Part shown: one piece after another, positions 53,991 through 64,000 of the stretch | Layout of the letters: each line of letters starts with the position of its first letter | How positions within the stretch are numbered: position 1 is the stretch's first letter | NCBI RefSeq assembly: GCF_009914755.1 | Contig: NC_060944.1 | Source of the DNA: the human T2T-CHM13v2.0 reference genome, Homo sapiens | DNA: 64,000 nt | Strand: one strand, 5' to 3' | Notes under the pieces: generated by a model | Databases searched by the model: none | What the model saw: the letters and a program-made list of their open reading frames with translations, nothing else | What the model was told of the DNA's origin: nothing | Program-made: the position numbers and the translations under genes

Positions 53991-56900
53991 AAAAAGCACC
54001 AGCTAGGAAGAAATCTGTTTTGTGTTGGCTTCATGTAAATTTTGTCAAATCTGCTTTACAGTTGGTTGCAAAATGGTCTCAAAAGGCAGTTTAGAGAATG
54101 CAGAATTCCACTGTGTCCTTTCCCTAAACTGGAAACACTTAGCCATCCTGAGAGTCGTATTTAGTGTGTGTTTTACGTGTGTGTGTGTGTGTTCCCCACC
54201 TTCTGTCCCTGACCTTGGTGTCTAAGAACAAGCTTTTCAGAGCAGGAGCAGGCAGCAAGGTTGCAAGTACTGACCTAGTACTGCAGCTTGGAGAGGCTAA
54301 CCACTGTGGGGGACGGCAGACTGATGGGAACATTGGTTGAGTGACCACAAGTGCTGTTGAAAGTTTTTTGGTAACAGTTTTAAGTGTTTTGGTTAAGCTA
54401 GACCTGAAAAAAATGGTATAGAAGCTACAGCTATTTGAGATAAACCAGTTTTCTCAACCTTTGTTTTTTTCATGATCACTCCCCTCTTAGCTTCTTCAGA
54501 CATATGCTTCTTACTTGCCCCTCCCCATGACATTTTAATACCATGGACATACAGCTAGACCCCACTGTCTGTTTATGCACTGCAGGACCTTGTCACAGCT
54601 AAGACTTGTTTGCGCACCGCATCCCCCAAAACCAGTTTTGCCTCCATCATACATGCATGGGATAAACAAAGCAAGCATTTCAAAAACAAAAAAATCTGGT
54701 TCTGTCAAATTAAGTGATGTAGCACCCATTTTTGTTTTATAATTTCTTTCTTACATATCAAAAGGCCATATGTGGGGGGTGGGGGGCATAAATTTTTTAC
54801 TGGTATTTGTTTTCTTTCCCTTGTTTAAAAATCTCATGAGTTTTTTCAAACGCCTCCAATAGCTATGCTGGTCCAAGCACTAGTGGCCATTAATTCACAG
54901 GGCAGAGAAGCCAGAATAAACAGCCTAGTGACTTAGTTCTCCCAAGGCCAAGAGCCTGCAATGCGGGGCCACCATTACCTGTTGACAGTGCTCAGCCAGC
55001 AGAGGCAGGACTCTGCCTGCAACTATTCCCGGGTAGAAATGGGGAGGCTGCCTTCCCAGCTCCCACTGGGCATAGCCTGTGTGTTTATTTTTTGTGTTTA
55101 TTTTAGGGTAAGTATGTTACAAATTAGCAGGGCACATGGCTATGAGAAAGGCCAACATAAACCCAGGCAGCAGGGACAGAGGGTAAGTGGTGACAGTAAA
55201 GTGGGGAGAGATTTAAGGAAGACAAAAGGAAAAGAAGAATTTGAGGGATCACAGAAAAGAAGGAAGATGTGGGTAGATAAGAGAACCCCTGGGAAGGAGC
55301 AGAAAAGAAGATTTAGAAATGGGGAAGGGGGTCACAAAGCCAGGAAATTTGGCGGTTATAAAGAAAGTCGTTTGAAGGAATAAAGAGAGTCTTGAAGAGA
55401 GAAAGGTTGAGGGCAGCTTCAAGTATCTGGTGGCTAAGGGGGTTAGAACCAGGTGCATCAAGGGACAGACTTCAGCTCAACATTAGGAAGGGCATTTTTA
55501 AAAGCCAAATATGGCATTGGAGGGCTACCAATGAGGCTCACAGATTCGACACCATTAACATCACTGTCCCCCTGAGAGTTTCGTACAGACCTGGTCCAAA
55601 AATTCCAATTTCATAGGTGTGGAGTTTTCATGCAAGTACTTCAATTGCTACACTCAAAGAGAAAGATTTAACACCTAGAAATCTAGCTGTCTAGCTCCAA
55701 GGCTAAAGCTTTGGATTTTGGTTCACAGCAAGGTTGGTCTTCAAGGTCCCCACTCTCAAACTTGAGGGGTCCAAGGGGCACAGGCCAAAGACCGGCAGCC
55801 AGCAGAAGACCACGTTTCTTCTCCCCTCAACCCCATGTGAGAGCTGGTTTCTGAGTGTCCTGGCTTATGTCGCTGTCTTAATTAGATTTCATTAGGAAAA
55901 TTTGCCCTGGGTAATTGAGGTTGTTCTAGAAGGTGAAATATACCATTCCCCTTAAACAATGATGCCCAGAAGCCCCCAGGGTGGCTGGAATTCCCACTAT
56001 GAATTGCAGAAATTTTAAGCAGAGCTTCCACTAAAGCCAAATTTACCTTCCGAGATTCCCTCTTTCCCCTCCAACCCCCACTTTTGCCTCTCTCTTAGTT
56101 GCTTTCCCATGGTGCTGTTCATCTTTTCTGGAATGGCCTCTCCTCCCCTGAAATTCTTTGCTGCATCATCAGCTAGTCTGGAGAAGGAATCCACAAATGT
56201 CTGGACCCACTGTTCAAGCACAGGTGGTCAGAGGACAGTGGCATGCCTTGGCTGAAACAGAATTTGGGGCACCTTTTGAGAAGGTTGCTGAGCTACAGCT
56301 AATTAGCTGAGTGAAGGGGTCTGAACTCACGATGGGGGCCTTTTAATCTGAGCATATCAAGTATTTTCATAAAGACTTTTTCCACTGCCTCTAACCTGGT
56401 ATCTTGCCTCATCCATTTGAGGCTTTTTTCCTTTAGCTGGCATTTGCTTCAAACAGCCTGGCCACGCAGACCCCTCTGCAGATAGCAGTATGCTGCTGCC
56501 TCCACCGGCCAAGGCGGGCAGAGGAGAGTCTGAAGGGAAAAGGATGGCAGCAGCAAGTCTTGATTGAAAAGTAATTAATTGTACAGCTTCAAAGTCTATT
56601 ACTACTCACTCAGCACTCAGAAAACATTTGTCACTGGGAGGCTGAGAAGCTTCATAGTTGCCTAAATTCTTTTCTACCTTCTCTTTCTGCTTTTACTTTT
56701 TCCTCAATTGAAAGAAACCCACTGACAACCAATGACATGAATGGGCTGCAGAGAAGGCACTTCTGCAAACTTCACCACCCACCTCCTCCCTGCAAAGCCG
56801 CAGACCAAAAGGAAAATGACTACCAAAAAAATACTGTTTTTCGTGGTTTCTGTTCCCTTCCCTTTCACCCACCTCCCTTCCCTCTCTCTACTTTGCCTTC

Positions 56901-58169
56901 TCTTTGTTGGCTACAGGGATAAACCCAGAAAGCTGACAGGTAGCTACCTAAACTTGAGATATGCCTTATGCTTTTGGTAATGAGTAAGAATCCCAGAATG
57001 TAAGTAGAAACACAATTACTCGTTGAATACATATGCCATGAAAGCATCAATAGAGAGGTGAGACTGTTTGGGAGGCCCAGGGCATCACGTGCGGCTTCCA
57101 AGGAACGGGGCTGTAATGGTGCTGTTCAGAGAGTCAATGGTAAAGAAATACACACATTCTTTCTATTGGGGGTTCCATATTTTCAAAACGCCACTGTTTG
57201 CCACCTGTGGCACCTGGGCCATTTGGCTTTCCTCAGACATGCAGAGTTTAATGGAAGCATGAGAAATTCTTCCCATGCCTTTCTTAGTACATCAAGTGCA
57301 GACGCTATTATTTTTAAGTAGCCAAGTATACACAATTTTCAAGTAAACCATCCCTGGGTTTCGACAGCCAATCCTGTCCTCCCCTACTTGACACATCATC
57401 TCACTGCAGCCCTACACTCCAGCACACAGCCCCTCATGACAGGGGTCAAGACCCTGGCACACAGCGTCTATCCATCCCAACTCGGCCTTTTTTTTCAGGC
57501 ACCAGCCTCTCCTGACTTCCTCTTCCTTAGCTGCATAAACACATTAATAGACTTTCCTTCCTCAGTCCTATCACATATTTATCTTTTCCCATGATGGCAA
57601 TCCATCCAGCACTGGAAAGCTATGTTTAAGGTACTTTGCTATTATACAATTATAATGGCAGATCCTAAAAAAGCCCCGGCAAGGTTAGGCCCCAGACGAT
57701 GCTGCCCACTAACATCCAGCACTGGCCATCTCCCTCCAGATCAAGGCCATGTTTCTGTCTTGAGCTAGCAAAATTATCAGCCTTCAGGAGGATCACCAGA
57801 CAAGCCAACCAATCAGGCCAATCAAGGTGGACCCCAGTAAACCCACTAGCCGATCACCCCCAGCTCTTACTATACCGGATTCCTCAGGTCCCTGTGGCCT
57901 TGCAGGTGCCACAGGTGGGTCAACTCCTCGAACATTTGGCCACACTTCTGGGGTCCCTGACCCCATTACTGATGTTTCAGCTCTTAGCTCCACTCACCTA
58001 AAGGACTTAGGTTTTTCAGAGTCTGGTAGCCAGTCACTACAGAGAAATAACAGGAGTGGAAAAAAGGGGGAATATCAGGGTTAAATACTGGGATTTATTC
58101 TTCCTAGTCTTAATTTATCTTTAAATTAAGGCAATTCCTATTTAAATCTAAGGGTCCTTTCTCAGCTTA

Positions 58170-58385
58170 TAGTGGTGATTTTCAACTGGGGGAGATTTTG
58201 CCCCCCAGAGGACATTTAGCAAAGTCTGGAGACATTTTTGGTTGTTAAAACTAAGGGGATGCTACTGGCATCTAGTGGGTAGAGGCTAGGGATGCTGCTC
58301 AACATCCTACAATGCACAGGGCAGTCACCACAACAAAGAATTGCCTGGCCCCAAATACCACCAGTGCAGAGGCTAAAACACCAAG
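58170..58385 (+). mobile_element. MER20 DNA transposon
   Basis: TTTTCAACTGGGGGAGATTTTGCCCCCCAGAGGACATTT...GGGTAGAGGCTAGGGATGCTGCTCAACATCCTACAATGCACAGG. Confidence 0.88.
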
Positions 58386-61300
58386 TCTAGATGAGATGTG
58401 CTGAGTGGTTCTGAAACCCCTTCCTCTGGTGTGCTCCCATCTCTCCCTTCTGAGTCCTCCCTACTCACTCCTGGACTGTCTCCCTTTTTCCTGTCCAGTG
58501 CGCCAATTGTTCAAGATTCTATTACCAAATGTATTTCTCCCCTAAAGAGTTTTCTCTGACTCCATAAATTCATCTTTGTAAGTACGATTGCCAATTTGAA
58601 TGTGTGATCTTTATCTTTTTCTGAACTTCAGACCTTTCCTCCCAGAAAATGGGCTGCAAAAATCTCCATCCCAACTGCCCAAAGTTCCTTAATCTGCCAT
58701 GTCTAAAACCAAATCAGCACTGCCACCTTGCCAGCCCCTCCCACTGACTTCCCTGTCCCACTCCCAGTGTTCCATCCATCTGGGTGCCACACTTTGGCTC
58801 CTCCATCTTTTGTGTCTTTCTAGCATAAGAGCTGCTCCAGGAGGATCCTTTGGGACCCCTCTTGAGTGCCGTCCTTCAGCCTTCCTGCTTCCTTCACCGT
58901 GCTAGGTCTCTCCTTTAAACATCTCCTTTGTGCATAACCCCTTTCCTTTGTTCTCGATCAGGATCATCCTCCATGCTGCTTCTGCTTTTCCTAAAAGTAG
59001 GCTCAAATCCTCACTTGCAGAACAAAAAACTTTCAACATCCTTTCCGTTTCCTGCCAAAATAGCCTCAAAAGTGCTTGCCCTCATACTCCATGGCATCCT
59101 CAGAGAGATTCTATCTAATTTCTCCTAACTTTTCTCCCCCTGCTCCCCAAGAGCCAGCCAAGGTGGCCAGTTGTGTTTACCCAGCCACGCCCCATGTTTC
59201 CTACCATTAAATCCTTTGTTCGTGGTGGGCAAACCGTCTCCCATCCCCCACTACCACCTTCTATTCATAGCCAAGGCGTCTATCCTTCCTTGGAGGCCCA
59301 TATAAAAAGTCATTTTCTCCAGCAAGACTTTCAAGGTCCCCCCAGGTGGAGTTCTTTTCTTCCATTTGTATGCTGCTCTACTCTCCAGGATGAGGAACTG
59401 GTATTTGTCTAACTTGTTAAATTTGTTTTAGTCACCTCCATGCATGTGCTCCCCTGGCAAAGCTCATGATATCAGAAAGAATGAACAAAGGGGTCCCACA
59501 GACCCATGAGGGTGTCGAACAGAGACCCTGAACCCGTTCCTCGACAAATGGTACTTTGGGGGTGAGCGCGAGGCCTGACGAAAGCAAACAACCCCTTTGG
59601 AGCACCCATGGCAGCCTCCCTGGGGCTCCAACCCCAATGTCTACTGACCTTCCACTTGTGCAGGCTCAGCATCCCTGGGGCCTCAACTCCTTATCCATCC
59701 TGGGCTGCTCCTCGCAGTAAGCCCTCTCCTTGGGGTCCTGGCCCTCTACCTCCCAGCCCTGGAAATCTTCTTGCTCCTCACCTTGCCCGGCAGTGGCACC
59801 CCGTTGGCTGGGTTAGCCTGCCGCCATCAACACACCCAAGGGTTGGCCCCTGGGACCCCACCTCTCCCCCGAGGCTCGGCAACCTGTGGCATGAGGAAGA
59901 GTGACCCCACGGCGCTAGCGGTCCTCGTGGTCTTCCAGGCCTAGCCGCCATACACCCGCCCCCCACCGGCTTCCAACCACCCCAGCAGCACCTCTTCGGG
60001 CGTTCCAACGCGGCGCCCCCTATTGGACCTCCCACCCATATCCGGTTTCCGGTCTGACGCCCCCTGCTCATTCGCCAGGCAGCCTTGATTGGCATGACCC
60101 CTGCCCAATGGCTGACCCGGCGCTGGGGTCGGAGGGGAGTGAGTTGGTGTTGGGACCCAGTTGGGCCATTCAGTGGATGCTCAAGTGGTTAAGCCGTCTT
60201 GCGTGGGTGTAGTTGGCCAAAGTTTGAATCAAAGTTCAGTGTTGACATCTGGAAGTGTGTAGACCCATAGAGCTAAAGCGATATATCTTTGGGGGATCCC
60301 AAACGTTTCCCAGGGTCCAACTGTGTTCGCCTCCTTCCGTGCTGCGTGGCCACATGGATGGTGGATGCAGGGGTGCAAGGATGCACGGTGCCTGTGGTAC
60401 CCTGGCTCTAAGAGGGATGCATTAGACTAAACGGGATCGCAACTTGCGGTGGTTCGCCCGCCTGCAGCTCTTATACAGCAGCCCGTGCCGTGCGCCCTGC
60501 TTGCTGCAGCCCGCCCTGTGTAACTCATCCAGCCTCCCCTCCCCCAGGGTTCTGCAGGTCAGATGACCCCCTGCCTCCTGCCCAGTTGCTCTGTGCCTAG
60601 ACGTGGCTCGCCAATCTGTCTCACTGGTGAGACCGACCTGATGCGCACCTGCCGAGTTTTATGTGACCCCCTTACAGCAGCTTTTCTCCCGGGTTCCAAT
60701 CCCTCTGCAGACCCCAGACCAGAGCATAGCATGTGCACACATCAAGGCCACCAGGTGGTGTGGGCATTTACCTTTGGCTAGCTCTGAGCTCACCGCAGCA
60801 TGGTAGCGGGAGCGCAGCTGCGCGGGCAACCGCCGGGTTTGTGGCCGGTTGGCGGGCTCAGTGCCGCCTCAGTGGGCTCTAGCAGTAGAAAAGTAAAGCG
60901 ACTACCCTAAGATACCCAGAGCGAGAGGAGAGGGGCTAGAAGGGTGCTGGAGGCAGGCTGTAGTGGGGCTAAAGGAGCTGACTGACCAGCGCTGCGGCCG
61001 GTGCCCGAAGCAGCGAGCAGCGCACCTCAGCTCCGGTTGCCGCGCGGCATGGTATTTATCTGTGGGTTCAGTGCGCACAGCGTTGTCCAGTCTCGAAACC
61101 ACCCTAAACCGGCATTAAACCCCAACCAAAATCCCCTTTAACCCTTCCCTAGAACAGCAGGACCTGCGAAACTCTGAGGCCGCTTTGTGAGGTCCTCCTC
61201 TGCGCAGCACGCCCCCCACCCCTCTCTTGGTGCCGCCGCAGCTACTCCCTAGGGGGCTTTGCTCTTGGTGGTACGCACCCGAGACCTTCTTATTCCCCTG

Positions 61301-62309
61301 CGTCACCATCCACATAAACAAGAGAGCACCCTGCTTGCGCCGCTGTGGGCCACTGCGGAGACCCCTAGAGTGTGATGGGGGTGGGGGCTGTTAAAGTGCT
61401 TTACCGGAGCCAACCTCAGCAAGTGACAAACAAAAGCAGCAAAAAGTACACCCAAGGCATTTAAAAAACAAATTGCGTGCTTGCATACTCGGCATCCCCT
61501 CTCCCTCGCCTCTCTCTGCTTCTTTGGTGGGCTCACGACCACCTGTCGCATCCCTACGCGTGCCTGCGCCCCTTCCCAGGCACCAAAAGCCTTGCGCTCC
61601 GGACTAGGGGCTTGAGATCCGGGGCTGCCTGGAGGCTGGGGGCTATGACTCAGAGTTTCAGGGGTATCCTGGGGTGATGAAATCCTTCTTCAGTCCCCCC
61701 TCCCCCGAGGAGTCGGTTGGGTTGGGGAGGGAGGGTTTCAGCTCCTGTACTCCAGCGTTCCGAGGCCCACGTCTTGCGTCACGTGTCCCGCAACGCAGGA
61801 GCGCTTTCTCTGGCCAGCGGAGAAGCGAGGAGAAAGACTCCAAATCAGTCAGGGAGAGGAGTGGAAGGAGCCAAAACGTCCCTGCGAGGCCTGCGCTCAC
61901 CAGCCCCCTTACCCAAAGTCCCGGGCCCCTGGCGCCAGGAGCAGGCTCCTGGAGCCGGAGCCAGCTCGGCACTGGAACCGGCGTCCTCTGGTGGCAGAGA
62001 GAGAGCGCTACTGGCGATTTTCGGACCGAATCGGCACGCTCGTCAGATCCAAGCAGGCGGGACTGGCCTGGAGCAAAAAGAAAGAGAGAGGAGGGCGTAA
62101 GGATAGACCAAGGAAGAGGGGCTGGGGGGCAGCCTGGGGGCATGAAAAGTGGCCAGGAAGGAGCCAAGACTCCACCAGCAACAATTGAGTTGCTTCAGCC
62201 TCAGTCTAGGGTTCCTTCCAGGCCTTGAACCCCCCAACCTCACAAGGGTTGGAAAGTGAGGCCGGTGAACTTTCCAGCTGGTACTTTGATTTTAAAATAA
62301 TAATAATAA

Positions 62310-64000
<1,691 letters not shown>

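Noticed and set aside
61674-62228. 184-aa ORF upstream of XL
   Set aside because: Low-complexity CpG-island ORF spanning the presumed promoter/leader, with no homology.

Overview
Human-type mammalian genomic DNA from the upstream half of the imprinted GNAS complex locus (20q13.32), recognised from the proteins and hairpins it encodes. The right half carries the complete NESP55 coding exon (+, 49247-49984) and the start of the dual-coding XL exon: XLalphas/XXLalphas from 62385 and ALEX in the +1 frame from 62572, both running off the window. It also holds two CpG islands (NESP55 DMR and NESPAS/XL imprinting-control region) and the antisense lncRNA GNAS-AS1 (-, about 27.5-60.0 kb), with MIR298 and MIR296 just beyond its poly(A) signal. 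The most unexpected signal is in the first 12.3 kb. Seven minus-strand exon remnants of an intron-containing PIEZO-family mechanosensitive channel gene lie in the correct order, several with PIEZO-like exon sizes and splice phases, and carry nonsense and frameshift lesions. This is a decayed third Piezo paralog, probably the 5' part of the locus named PIEZO1P2. Other leads are a TAATG stop/start coupling NESP55 to an ORF in phase with Gs-alpha exon 2, a GUG in a perfect Kozak context in frame with ALEX, overlapping and palindromic ZFP57/YY1 motifs, and a 35-bp VNTR made of YY1-like and GC-box motifs. The rest is Alu, THE1, MER, L1 and MIR remnants and simple repeats, and nearly all ORFs in the track are spurious. 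Family assignments and reference exon sizes come from recall, not from a database search.
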